From Mobula hypostoma (lineage: Eukaryota), in contig NC_086097.1 in the NCBI RefSeq assembly GCF_963921235.1, positions 83,454,001 to 83,514,000 on the forward strand: a stretch of DNA of 60,000 nucleotides, read 5' to 3'. Position numbers and translations under genes: made by a program. How positions within the stretch are numbered: the first letter of the stretch is position 1; the number at the start of each line of letters is the position of its first letter. The notes beneath the pieces are model-generated. The model was not told the DNA's origin. It was given only the letters and a program-made list of their open reading frames with translations, and searched no databases. This document shows, in pieces, positions 38,703-51,585 of this stretch.

Positions 38703-39250
38703 ACAGTTCTGCAGATACTGAAAATCCAGAGAAAAATGCTGGAGGAACTCAGAAGGCCAGGCAGCATCAATGGAAATGAATAAACAAACGAGGTTTAGGG
38801 CTGAGGGCCTTCATCAGGACCGAAAAGCAAAGGGGAAGAAGTCAGAATAAGGTCGGGGGAGGGAAAGGCGTAGAGTCTGGGTGAGCATGTGGTAGAAGAG
38901 TTGGAAAGCAGCAGAAATCAAAGAGGGAGAACAGTGAGAGGGTTTCACTGAACTCCCATTGAAGAGAAGATTTAAACTTCTTTAGAGTAGGCGTTTCTCG
39001 AAGAGACTTTGCAGTGGAGCAGCAAATCATAAACACAAGATTCTGCAGATGCTCACTTCTCCCCTTTGTGATCTCTGCTGCTGCTCTGACCATGCACTCA
39101 ACTGAGCGGTGCTCCTTCACCTCTACTCACCTTATTGTGGCTTCTTCCCCTTCCTTTCCAGTCCTGATGAAGGCTCTTAGCCTGAAACTGAGACTGTTTA
39201 TTCCGCTCCATAGATGCTGCCTGACCTGCTGAGTTCCTCCAGTATTTGTA
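38703..39250. repeat. Penelope-like terminal repeats in opposite orientations
   Basis: Hammerhead-like motifs at 38785-38822 (-) and 39159-39196 (+) within the shared repeat unit. Confidence 0.7.
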
Positions 39251-39699
39251 AATTCGCAAGTAGGTTTTAAGGGTGACTAACCCCAACAGAGTTTTCCTTT
39301 TGGGGGATAAAAAGGGCTTGGAGCTTGGTTGTGACATATTAAATCAAGAACATAGAGTCATGAAGCAATACAACACAGATGCAGGCTCCTTAGCTCTGAA
39401 TCCATCTTTACCCTCTAAGCCCTTCTTGTACAATTCCTGGTGCACAAAGATAATATGCAACCCCTCCCCTTTGTCCAAGCATTGGCATCTATTAGATTGT
39501 GTCATTGTCTGGACGAGGGGTTGCAAAGACATTTACATCAGCCAAATTGCAACAGCACTGATGACTGCTAAACTGATCACTGCATAATCCACCTGTATTC
39601 AACCTTGCCCCAAAGTCTTAGCATCAGCAAAGCATTGCAATAAGGTGATCAGTGCTAAAGTTCTCAAGAGCACCATAAAGGCAATGTTTTAAAAACATA

Positions 39700-40535
39700 A
39701 AGAACCTGGTGTCATGACAACAACATTTCCCTCAATGTCAACAAAACAAAAGAGCTGGTGATACGCTACAGGAAGGTGGAGGGTGCAATTGCTCCTGCTT
39801 ACATCAATGGCTCTGATGTCAAGAAGGTTGAAACTTTCAAGTTCATAGAAGTGATTGTCACCAATAGCCTGTCCTGGTCGAACCACGTAGATGCCATGGC
39901 TAAGAAAGTACACCAGCACCCCTACTTCCTCAGAAGAGACTAAAGAAGTGTAACATATTCCCTTTGATCCTTAATCCTTTATCACTGCACAACAGAACGC
40001 ATCCTATCAGGATGCATCACAGCTCTGTACGGCAAGTGCTCTGCTCAAGACTACCAAAAACCGCAGAGAGTTGTCACCTCTCAGCACATCACAGAAACCA
40101 GCCTCTACCCTATGGACTCAGTACATAAGACACTTCTCCCTGTCTCGATAAGGCAGCCAACATAATCAAAGACTCCATACAATCTGGACATTCTCTGTTC
40201 TCCCCACTCCCATTGGGGAAAAGATACAAAAGCCTGAAAGCACATACCCCCAGGCTCAAAGACAACAGCTACCCCACTGTTATAAGACTTAACGGTTCCA
40301 TAGCACAATAAGACTTTTATTGAGGCTCACAGTCTACCTTGTATGACCTTGCACCTTATTGGCTACCTGCACTGCACTTTCTCTGTAATGGTAACGCTTC
40401 ATCTTGCATTTTGTTATTTTCTTTCATACTACCTCAATGTACTGATCTGATCCCTCGATCTCGATGGAAATATGCAAAACAAAGTTTTCCAATCTACCTT
40501 GGTATGTGTGACAATAATAAACCAATTTACCAATT
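39700..40535 (+). mobile_element. Rex1-like LINE 3' fragment
   Basis: YINGSDVKKVETFKF...LSWSNHVDAMAKK; ends aataataaaccaatttaccaattt. Confidence 0.75.
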
Positions 40536-41359
40536 TCTGAGCTAATTTCCCAGTCTTCAGAAGCCATAGAACATTCATGAGCTATGGGCTGCCTTTGGTA
40601 TCAATAAGGAGTTTCCTAGCTTTCCAACAAAAGGTGTGTTCATTAGTTTGATAATATCTCAGAAATGTTATGCATTCCTGGATTCAGATATATACCTGTT
40701 ATTCAAGAGGGAGGTAAAGTACAGCTCTACAATCTGAACATAAACCTGGGCAGCCATTAAACTGCTAAAGAATGCTGACCACCTCACCTATCTCAAAGGT
40801 TGCTACTCTGCAAAAAAAAAAGCGCCACTCATCAGTGATATAATTCACCTTTAAGTCAGCATAGCCTTCGGTCCATTTAAACATCTGGACCGCATACCCT
40901 GTGCTTAAGTAAAGGTTACTATGTAGTATTAACCCCCCCCCCCCGTATGTAACTGTACTGATGCATTAGGCTTCTATCATGCAAATTTAAGTCGGTATCT
41001 ATCAAGAAACCACCCGTGAATATTCATTCAGGAAAATGGTATGGATTTATAACACGAGATTATGCTAATGCTGGAAATCTTGAGCAACACACACAAGTGG
41101 GCTGATACCCATTATCAGGACCGGTGAAAGTTTTCAGCCTGAAATGTCAACTGTTTATTTCCTTCCATAGGTGGACACATTACAGTTCTGTCCATCAGCT
41201 GGCATTTGTCCCTTTGGGCTTTGTCTTTCTCAACTGTGTGGAGGAAGATGCTATCATACCATATACATCCAGACTCACTGAATTATTAATCATGTCCCTC
41301 CCCTTGCAACTTTATAGTGTTGGCCTGGCCTTTCCCTCATGCCACCTTTTCCCTGTCCC

Positions 41360-43700
41360 AGTACCCTCTACATTAGGAGTAGGTATAACTTCTTTAGCTG
41401 GGATGGATGTCTCAAGGAAATCCTTCTCGATCCTTGAAGCTTCAGTGCAAAAGAATGCCGGAAGAAATGATCATGCAGAAACAAAAAAATTAATATCCCC
41501 AAAGGGGATTGAACAAAGGGAACTATGGTGCTATGGGGGAGGAGCTGTCCAAAGTTCAATGGAACAATACCCTAGCAGGGATGACAGTGGAACAGCAATG
41601 GCAAATGTTTCTGGAATAATGTGGAAGGTGCAGGATCAGTTCGTTCCAAAGAGGAAGAAAGATCCTAAGGGGAGTAAGGGGAGGCCGTGACTGACAAGGG
41701 AAGTAATGGACAGTATAAAAATAAAAGAGAAGAAGTACAACATAGCAAAGACAAGTGGGAAGCCGGAGGATAGGGAAACTTTTAAAGAGCAACAGAAGGT
41801 AACTAAAAAGGCAATACACGGAGAAAAAATGAGGTATGAAGGTAAACTAGCCAAGAATATAAAGGAGGATAGTAAAAGCTTCTTTAGGTATGTGAAAATG
41901 AAAAAAATAGTTAAGACCAAAATTAGGCCTTTGAAGACAGAAGCAGATGAATTTATTATGGGGAACAAGGAAATGGCAGACGAGTTGAACAGGTACTTTG
42001 GATCTGTCTTCACTAGGGAAGACACAAACAATTTCCCAGATGTAATAGTGGCCAAAGGACCTAGGGTAATAGATGAATTGAAGGAAATCTATATTAGGCA
42101 GGAAATGGTGTTGGATAGGCTGTTGGGTCTGAAGGCTGTTAAGTCCCCAGGACCTGATAGTCTGCATCCCAGGGTACTTAAGGAGGTGGCTTTAGAAATC
42201 ATGGACGGATTGGTAATCATTTTCCAATGTTCTATAGATTCAGGATCAGTTCCTGTGGATTGGAGGGTGGCTAATGTTGTCCCTCTCTTCAAGAAGGGAG
42301 GAAGAGAGAAAACGGAATTATAGACCAGTTAGCCTGACGTCGGTGCTGGGAAAGATGCTGGAGTCAATTATAAAAGATGAAATTACGACACATCTAGATA
42401 GTAGTAACAGGATTGGTCCGAGTCCGCATGGATTTATGAAGGGAACATTGTGCTTGACTAATCTTCTGGAATTTTTTGAGGATGTAACTATGAAAATGGA
42501 CAAGGGAGAGCCAGTGGATGTAGTGTACCTGGACTTTCAGAAAGCCTTTGATAAAGTCCCACATAGGAGATTAGTGGGCAAAATTAGGGCACGTGGTATT
42601 GGGGGCAGAGTACTGACATGGATTGAAAATTGGCTGGCTGACAGAAAGCAAAGAGTAGCGATTAACAGGTCCCTTTCAGAATGGCAGGCGGTGACCAGTG
42701 GGGTACCGCAGGGTTCAGTGCTGGGACCGCAGCTATTTACAATATATATTAATGATTTAGATGAGGGAATTAAAAGTGACATTAGCAAATTTGCCGATGA
42801 CACAAAGCTGGGTGGCAGTGTGAAATGTGAGGAGGATGTTATGAGAATGCAGGGTGACTTGGACAGGCTGGGTGAGTGGGCAGATGCAGTTTAATGTGGA
42901 TAAATGTGAGGTTATCCACTTTGGTGGTAAGAACGGGAAGGCAGATTATTACCTAAATGGAGTCAAGTTAGGAAAAGGGGAAGCACAACGAGATCTAGAT
43001 GTTCTTGTACATCAGTCACTGAAAGCAAGCATGCAAGTACAGCAGGCAGTGAAGAAAGCTAATGGCATGCTGGCCTTCATAACAAGGGGAATTGAGTATA
43101 AGAGCAAAGAGGTCCTTCTGCAGCTGTACAGGGCCCTGGTGAGACCACACCTGGAGTACTGTGTGCAGTTTTGGTCTCCAAATTTGAGGAAGGACATTCT
43201 TGCTATTGAGGGAGTGCAGCATAGGTTCACAAGGTTAATTCCCGGGATGGCGGGACTGTCATAGGTCGAAAGATTGGAGCAACTAGGCTTGTATACTCTG
43301 GAATTTAGAAGGCTGAGAGGAGATCTTATTGAAACATAAGATTATTAAGGGATTGGACACGCTGGAGGCAGGAAGCATGTTCTCGCTAATGGGTGAGTCC
43401 AGAACCAGAGGCCACAGTTTAAGAATTAGGGGTAGGCCATTTACAATGGAGTTGAGGAAAAACTTTTTCACCCAGAGAGTGGTGGATATATGGAATGCTC
43501 TGCCCCAGAAGTCTGTGGAGGCCAAGTCTCTGGATGCTTTCAGAAAAGAGATGGATAGAGCTCTTAAAGATAGTGGAATCAAAGGTTATGGGGATAAGGC
43601 AGGAACTGGATACTGATTGTGGATGATCAGCCATGATCACAGTGAATGGCAGTGTTGGCTCGAAGGGCCGAATGGCCTACTCCTGCATCTATTGTCTATA
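41360..43700 (+). mobile_element. CR1-clade LINE, 5'-truncated and frameshifted
   Basis: ORFs 41706-42323, 42274-42894, 42854-43264 and 43329-43616 cover RT motifs (GVPQGSVLGP, FADD); CR1 3' UTR gggccgaatggcctactcctg. Confidence 0.95.
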
Positions 43701-44149
43701 AATCAACGAAAACTCTGGCACCTTCCAATTCCCATTAAATTAAAAATTGATGAAGTGACACGTTTTGACTACTCCCTCCGGCGCTCTTGACATATTGAGG
43801 CCATCCTGAAAGGCTGACCAGATGCAATTGTGGGACATCCTGGCCCGAGTCCCTGTGGTAGCTGTTGGGGTGTCCTACATGCCCTAGCAAAATGACCTTG
43901 TTTCCCACAATTCTAATTTTTCATCTACCTTGGGTTTCCTGGGGCTGATCTCTTCTCCTTGCCTTAGGAGTGCATAATTGAGCGGGGAATCTTTGGTTTT
44001 ACTCCCCCCACTTGTAATCCCCCTCTTCTTTATTCCAGACTGGGATAGAATTTACACCTACCAAACAGAATCAATCTTACCATTCTCTTTAGGCTTTCTT
44101 ATTTCTTTCACCTCCTCTTCCCATGCTCTAGCAAGCCTTTGGAGTACCA

Positions 44150-44690
44150 AATCATAAACACAAGGGGTTCTGCAAAAGCTGGAAATCCAGAGCAACACAG
44201 AATGCTGGAGGAACTCAGCAGGTCAGGCAGCATCTATGGAAATGAATAATAAACAGTCAATGTTTTGGGCTGAGACCCTTCATCAGGACTGAAGAGGAAG
44301 AGGGAAGACACCAGAATAAAAAGTGGTGGGTGGGGGGAGGTAAAGGAGGACAAGCTAGAAGATGATAAGTGAAGTCAGGTAGGTAGGAAAGGTAAAGGAG
44401 GAATATGATAGGATAGGGGAGTGAACCATGGGAGAAAGAAGAAGGGGTACCGGGGGAGGGGATAGGCAGGTGAGGAGAAAGGGCACTCCTATTCCAAACT
44501 GTCAGTCCATGGCCGCCTCTTTTGTCATGATAAGGCCACTCTCAGGGTGAAGGAGCAAAATCTGGTATTCCATCTAGGTAATCTCCATCCAACCTGATGG
44601 CATGAACATCAATTTCTCCTTCCAGTAATTTTTTCTTTTTCCTTCCCCTTTCCCTCTTCTATTCCCCACTTCTGCCTCTTATCTCTTCTC
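44150..44690. mobile_element. Penelope-like terminal repeat (-) joined to a GIY-YIG C-terminal fragment (+)
   Basis: Hammerhead-like motif at 44254-44291 (-); 44500-44625 encodes KEQNLVFHLG..QPDGMNINFS. Confidence 0.7.
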
Positions 44691-45068
44691 AATGATGAGG
44701 CAGGTATATGAACAACATTTAGAAAGTACTAGGACAGGTACATGGATAGATCAGGTTTAAAGGAATGTGGGCAAAGGGGACAAGCTTAAATGGGAATCTT
44801 GGGCAGGTGGACCAGTTGGACTAAAGGCCTATTTCCATGCTGTATTATTCTATGACCCTGATTCTAGTTCCAGTGCCAAAATTATATATTTTGTGAATAG
44901 CTAGGACCTAAATACTGATACCTGTAGTTTCTCACTTGTCACCGCTAGCTATCCTAAGTAAGCCCCATTTATACCTATTCAACGTTTCGTGTGTAATCCA
45001 TGATGTACAGAGTCTTAATTACATTGTAAATTTCCATGATGAATCACTGTAATCTTTGAATTTGACAG

Positions 45069-45271
45069 GCAATGGTCCATTTCCAGGGGTTATTGACATG
45101 TATGGGTCAGTCGGTGGGGTGGTTGAACACAGAGCTAGTCTCTTGGCAAGCCATGGATTTCTGACGCTGGCTTTAGGATATTTTGGATTCGATGACCTTC
45201 CAAACCACTTTCTCAACCTTGATCTTGAATACTTTGAAGAAGCTGTGAACTTCTTGAGGCAGCATTCAAAG
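45069..45271 (+). CDS. acot1-like: ACOT1/2-like exon 2 (203 bp)
   Basis: Acceptor tttgacAG|GC, donor [60 protein letters not shown]; phases match exons 1 and 3. Confidence 0.95.
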
Positions 45272-45990
45272 GTAAGATGCTTCATGTTCCATTTAGAAAA
45301 TAATTTTGAATATGATTCTTTGAAAAAGGGAAGGACAATTTGTTCAATGCAAAAGAATGCAATTAATTTGCATATTTTCCTTGCCATCTTGTGATGTCAA
45401 GAAAGATCCTGGGGGAGGTAAAATAGCCAATTCACAAACATCTCGGGAATATCGATGTTGAATGCGGGGAATGAAATACTCAGATTTCAGTGCTTGTTAT
45501 AACTGGACAGCAATTGAACTAACTAGCAGGAACTCCTCTGCTCCTTTCCTGAGATGGAAATACACATTTCAGCAAACTATTACTGATGTTGAAAACTGGG
45601 AAGAAGTACTCCTGGGCATGTAATTTCCCTGCTGCCTCCTAAGAGTTCGATTAGGTGTTCAAACTTAAGGCTGAACGTTTGAGCTATCTCATGAATACTG
45701 TTCATTTTGGACAATTTTTGAGGAGAGTTGAGTTAAAGGAACAGGGAGGGATGAAAGAATGGAGGGAACAATAGAAGGGGATACCAAAATTCCATATTGG
45801 ATGGGATATTTCCTTTAATTAGAAAATTGCCCGCCTTATTCATTTTTACATCATTTTCACAATCTGAAACCTATCTTGCAAAGATTGGGATCCTAGATGA
45901 ATAATTCCAAGCTATTGTTCCAGGGACACCTGGTATGCACAACCACCCAGGAAAATGTGATTTGTTGCTGGTACTCTGATTGGTCTAGAG

Positions 45991-46191
45991 CAGTGGTCCC
46001 CAACCACTGGGCCGTGCAGAAACCATATGATTTGGCGATATCAAACGATATGAGTCAGCTGCACCTTTCCTCATTCCCTGTCACGCACTGTTGAACTTGA
46101 ACACCACCCCCCCCCGCCCCCATTGGCCAATCCACAAGAATATTGTCAGTATTAAACCGGTCCGCGGTGCGCAAAAGATTGGGGACCCCTG
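45991..46191. mobile_element. hAT-Charlie-like MITE, 201 bp
   Basis: TIRs cagtggtcccca / tggggacccctg; TSD gtctagag/ctctagag (NTCTAGAN type); same family as 28462-29211, in opposite orientation. Confidence 0.88.
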
Positions 46192-46196
46192 CTCTA

Positions 46197-46467
46197 GAGG
46201 CTGGTGGGGTGGTAGATGAGGACAAGAGGAATCCTATCCCTGGTAGGGTGGCAGGAGGATGGGATAAGAGTAGACATGCATGAAATGGAAGAGATACGGT
46301 TGAGGGCAGTATTGATGATGGAGGAAAGGAAGCCTCTTTCTTTGAAAAAGGATGACATCTCCTTCGTTCTAGAATGAAAAGCCTCATCCTGAGAGCAGAT
46401 GTGGTGGAGACAGAGGAATCGAGAGAAGGGAATGGAGTTTTTACAAGTGGCAGGGTGAGACGAGGTA
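46197..46467 (-). mobile_element. Penelope-like element fragment
   Basis: TSSHPATCKNSIPFSRFLCLHHICSQDEAF..EMSSFFKERGF..IPLVLIYHP. Confidence 0.75.
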
Positions 46468-48889
46468 CAGTGGCATGCAAAAGTTTGGGAACCCCTGGTC
46501 AAAATTTCCTACAGTTAGTTAAGTGAGTAGAAGATGAACTGATCTCCGACAGTCATAAAGTTAAAGATGAAACATTTCTTTAATATTTTAAGCAAGATTA
46601 CTTTTTTATTTCCATCTTTTACAGTTTCAAAATAAAAAAGGAAAAGGGCCTGAAGCAAAAGTTTGGGCACCCTGCATGGTCATTACTTAGTAACACCCCC
46701 TTCGGCAAGTATCGCAGCTTGTAAATGCTTTCTGTAGCCAGCTAAGAGTCTTTCGATTTTTGTTTGGGAGATTTCTGCCCATTCCTCCTTGCAAAAGGCT
46801 TCTAGTTCTGTTAGATTCTTGGGCCGTCTTGCATTCACTGCTCTTTTGAGGTCTATCCACAGATTTTTGATGATGTTTAGGTCAGGGGACTGTGAGGGCC
46901 ATGGCAAAACCTTCAGCTTGCCATGTGGATTTTGAAGTGTGTTTAGGATCTTTCTTTTCTAATCTTTTTATTGATATCAAAATGTTAACCATAACATAAT
47001 AATACAAAACAATTGGGATTACATTATTAATAATTAGCATATAAAAATATAAGGTCAGTTAACACACGGATATTAACCTCCCAAAATCTTACAAAATACG
47101 AATAAGATAAAAAAATGTAGAAGTAGCATAGAAAAAGAAAAAAAAACAAAATACCCCCCCAAAAAAACTAAACAATACTAATCAACTAAACTAAAGAAAA
47201 GAAAAAGACGTGGGCTGTTACGTTACATCAGATAGGACCATTAGTGTCATCAACTCCGCTCCTCTCTCCATATATTTGAAAGTAATAGAATAGGTTTGGA
47301 AAAGGTCAAATTACATCATATGGAAGTGTTGAATAAATAGCCTCCAAGTCTTTTCGAATAGAGGGATCATAAAGACACTTCTAATTTTTTCTAAGTTTAA
47401 ACACAACATAGTTTGAGAGAACCAATGAATTGTGGTGGGAGGATTAATCTCTTCCCAATTCAGCAAAATGGATCTTCTAGCCATTAATGTAACAAATGCA
47501 ATCATCTGACGAGCTGAAAAGGTTAGATGAATTGGTTCTATCATTGGTAACCCAAAAATTGCCATAATAGGGTGAGGTTGTAAATCAATACTTAAAACAG
47601 TTGAAATAATATCAAAGATATCTTTCCAATATTTTTTCAAGAAAGGACATAACCAAAACATATGAGTTAAAGAAGCTATCTCAGAATGACTTACATCACA
47701 TACAGGATTTATATGAGGCTAATTTATCCTTAGATATATGGGCCCTTATTTTAAACTTAGATATATGTTTAGGATCATTATCCTGTTGCAGAAGCCATCC
47801 TCTTTTCATCTTCAGCTTTTTTCATAGATGGTGTGATGTTTGCTTCCAGAATTTGCTGGTATTTAATTGAATTCATTCTTCCCTCTACCAGTGAAATGTT
47901 CCCCGTGCCACTGGCTACAACACAAGCCCAAAGCTTGATCGATCCACCCCCATGCTTAATAGTTGTGGAGGTGTTCTTTTCATGAAATTCTGCACCCTTT
48001 TTTCTCCAAACATACCTTTACTCATTGCAGCCAAAAGGTTCTATTTTAACTTCATCAGTCCATAGGACTTGTTTCCAAAATGCATCAGGCTTGTTTAGAT
48101 GTTCCTTTGCAAACTTCTGATGCTGAATTCTGTGGTGAGGACGCAGGAAAGGTTTTCTTCTGATGACTCTTCCATGAAGGTCATAGTTGTGCAGGTGTTG
48201 CCGCACAGTTGAACAGTGCACCACCACTCCAGAGTCAGCTAAATCTTCCTGAAAGTCTTTTGCAGTCAAATGGGGGTTTTGATTTGCCTCTCTAGCAATC
48301 CTACGAGCAGTTCTCCCATAAAGTTTTGTTGGTCTTCCAGACCTCAACTTGACCTCCACTATTACTGTTAACTGCCATTTCTTAATTACATTACGAACTG
48401 AGGAAACAGCTACCTGAAAACACTTTGCTATCTTCTTATAGCCTTCTCCTGCTTTGTGGGCATCATTTATTTTAATTTTCAGAGTGCTAGGCAGCTACTT
48501 AGAGGAGCCCATAGCTGCTGATTGTTGGGACAAGGTTTGAGGAGTCAGGGTATTTATAAGCTTTGAAATTTGCATCACCTGGCCTTTCCTGATGATGACT
48601 ATGAACAAGCCATAGCCCTAACAATCTAATTAAGGTCTGAGACCTTGTAAAAAGTTATCTGAGAGCTCAAATCTCTTGAGGTGCCCAAACTTTTGCATGG
48701 TGCTCTTTTCCTTTTTTCACTCTAAAACTGTACAAAACAAAAATAATACACTAATCTTGCTTAAAGTGTTGAAAAGAATGTTTCATCTTTAACTTTATGA
48801 CTTTTGGAGATCAGTTCATCTTCTACTCACTTAACTATTCACAGTAATAGAAATTTTGACCGGGGTGCCCAAACATTTGCATGCCACTG
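46468..48889 (-). mobile_element. Tc1/mariner transposon of IR/DR type with decayed transposase (about 48512 to 46683)
   Basis: TA flanks; TIRs of about 200 bp starting cagtggcatgcaaa with inner direct repeats gcaaaagtttgggcacc; motifs GEGYKKIAK, GRPTKL, VLWTDE, WPSQSPDLNIIKNLW; early stop codon. Confidence 0.95.
46951..47765 (-). mobile_element. 5'-truncated L1 fragment nested in the Tc1 transposase
   Basis: ORF 47311-47661 is homologous to the C-terminus of ORF2 at 51586; 11-bp TSD tgtttaggatc (46940-46950, 47766-47776); AATAAA plus A-rich end on the minus strand. Confidence 0.92.
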
Positions 48890-48991
48890 TATGGTACAAG
48901 TGGTTCCACCCAAAGGTTGTTCTAGCATAATTTACTAGAAGTATAGATAATAAAGTTGATGCTGTTAACATGCATAAATTACTGTTTTAAG

Positions 48992-49585
48992 GTAACAGGT
49001 CCTGGAGTTGGAGCAATAGGAATATCAAAGGGAGGAGACTTGGTTCTTTCAATGACTACGTTTATACCACATGTGACAGCAGCTATCAGTATTGGTGGAT
49101 GTAATGCTAACACTTTAGGTAACTTGCATTACAAAAACATCACTATTCCAGGCCTGGGTATTTCATTTGACCAAGCTAGGTTTCTGGAATCAAATCTTAT
49201 TGATATCTCTGAAACAACAAATAACCCAAGGGATGAAGAAAATAAAGATTGTATCATCCCATTAGAAAAGGCTGAAGGTCATTTTTTGTTTGTGGTTGGA
49301 GAGGATGACAAGAATTGGAACACTTCACTCTTTGCTCAGCAAGCTATCGAACGACTGAAGGAAAATGGAAAAGAAAACTATGAAATTCTTACTTACCCAA
49401 AGGCAGGACACTTACTGGAGCCCTGCTATTTTCCATTCTGTTATGCTTCTTTTCATCGGTTGGTAGGGCTTCCTGTGTTATGGGGAGGAGAAATGAAAGA
49501 GCATTCATTAGCCCAGATAGACCTTTGGCCAAAGATTCAAATGTTTCTAAGAAAACATCTTGAAAAACAACAAAGCCAATTGTGA
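48992..49585 (+). CDS. acot1-like: ACOT1/2-like exon 3 (catalytic alpha/beta hydrolase part; ends -SQL stop)
   Basis: Acceptor ttttaAG|GTA; GISKGG (Ser), GEDDKNW (Asp), AGHLLEP (His); spliced product 419 aa from ATG 30744 or 444 aa from ATG 30669. Confidence 0.95.
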   Translation, partial: VTGPGVGAIGISKGGDLVLSMTTFIPHVTAAISIGGCNANTLGNLHYKNITIPGLGISFDQARFLESNLIDISETTNNPRDEENKDCIIPLEKAEGHFLFVVGEDDKNWNTSLFAQQAIERLKENGKENYEILTYPKAGHLLEPCYFPFCYASFHRLVGLPVLWGGEMKEHSLAQIDLWPKIQMFLRKHLEKQQSQL

Positions 49586-50132
49586 AAATATCTAATACCT
49601 AATTCATGAAATGGACTGGATTATTTCATACATCATTTTTTTAATATTATGTATTTGATTCCATTTGTATGTGCATGTACTTTGTGGAGAATGATTTTAA
49701 AACTTTACCACTTTGGAACCAGTAACATTTTTCTTACCTTTCCCATATCTATGATGTAATATTTCCTGTCAATTTCATTATGTAATTAAAGTTTTCTGCG
49801 TGAATATTTTTGGTTTGCTTTTTTGCTTCTGTTCAATTAAGATTCATTATTGAGAACACGGGAACTTAAGAGGTGGACTGCTGTTGGTAAAGGCCCATTT
49901 TAAAGCAAACAGGTGAAGAAATACCAGCTATTATTGATCAGGTTAGATTACATCAGTACTTCTAGAATGCTGGTATCTAATTAATGGTAGGACAAGGGCA
50001 CTTTCACATCTTAGACAGCATTTGACCTTCACATGCCATACTATTAACCCAAAAGAGAAAAACAACAAAAAAATTATTTTGACAACTAATTCTGAACTCT
50101 TCCATTGTTCATTACTGGAGAACCCATTTCTT

Positions 50133-50138
50133 AATAAA
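50133..50138 (+). terminator. Candidate polyadenylation signal of the ACOT gene
   Basis: AATAAA about 550 nt after the stop, followed by a GT/T-rich tract; an alternative ATTAAA lies at 49785-49790. Confidence 0.45.
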
Positions 50139-51585
50139 TAGTCTTACCAATGTGGTTTCCTGGATTTTAACCTGAGTCACTGAACCACTGTCTTTTAGTT
50201 ATTAAATAGTGCATGTTTTATAGGAATTAATTTTATTTTTTTAAAAAGTACAAAACTCCAGGTGAAGTTTTTAAATATAATTTTGCAGATATCCCATGAA
50301 TTGCTGTGGGATATGGAATAGCTAGCAAAAGGAAGTCACCATCCATTCCTAATATCAACTGAATGCTACTGTTGGATCATATACCACAATAATGCACAGA
50401 AGCAAGCCCTTTGGCCCATCTTGTCCATTTCGGATTATTATGCTGACTTTCCATCAATCTGTCCCTGGACCACAGCCCTCCATAACCCTCCCATCCACAT
50501 ACCTATTCAAACTTCTCTTAAACTTGAAATTGCTTCCACCACTTGCACTGGCAGCTTGTTCCACACTCTCACTAACTTCTGAGTGAAGAAGTTTCCCTTC
50601 ACTTTCCCATTAAACATTTCACGTTTCACCATAAACCCATGGCTTCTAGTTGGAGCCTCACCCAACCTCAGTGGAAAAACACTGCTTGCATTTACCCTAT
50701 CTATACCTCTCACAGTGTTGTATACCTCTATCAAATTCTCCCTCAATCTTTTATATTCTCTGGAATAAAGTCCTAACCTATTCAATCTTTCCTTATAACT
50801 CAAGTCCTATAGTCCTGGCAACATCCTTGTAAATTTTCTCTGTCCTCTTTCAATCTTATTTACATCTTTCCTGTAGGTAGGTGACCAAAACTACACACAA
50901 TATGCCAAATTAGGACTCATCAATGTCTTGTACAACTTCAATATAACATCCCAACTTCTGTACTCAGTACTTTGATTTATGAAGGCCAAAGTGCCAAAAG
51001 CTTTCTTAACAACCCTATCGACCTGTGATGCCACTTTCAATGAATTACGGACCTGTATTCACAGATCCTTTTGTTCTACTTCTCACTGTGTAAAGCCTAT
51101 CTTGGTTAGTCCTCCCTCAGTGCACCACTTCACACTTGTCTGCATTAAATTCCATCTCCCATTTTTCCAACTGATCCAGATCCCACTGCAAGCTTTGATG
51201 ATCTTCCTCGCTGTCCACTACATCCCCAATCCTTTCTTTTTAAATCTTTTTATTGAGTAAGTATACAAAAAAGGTAAGCCATATAAACATTAATACAATG
51301 TTAAAGTATAATAAAATTCCAAAAGATAACAATACCAAAAAGAAAATACTACAAACAATGTAATTTAAGCATAAGAAACCAAGATAACATAATAGTATAC
51401 TAGATTTTATATATATCAATGGAAAAAAAGAAAAAAAAAACCCCCAAAAAAAACCCACCGTGCAACTAACTAAAAGCAAAGCAAAGCAATGGGCTAACTT
51501 GAAACCAAACAGAGTTAAACTTAAAATCACGTCCTCAATCCCGACCTCCATTAAAACAGTGAAAAAAAAACAAGAAGGGTAAATA

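Noticed and set aside
5424..44291. Recurrent repeat unit read as a CRISPR-like or prokaryotic array
   Set aside because: Copies are dispersed, in both orientations, without regular spacers or cas genes; the context is eukaryotic with spliceosomal introns.
48992..49585. Calling the gene BAAT because of the -SQL end
   Set aside because: The nucleophile motif is ACOT-type GISKGG (Ser), not the Cys of mammalian BAAT; orthology needs a phylogeny.
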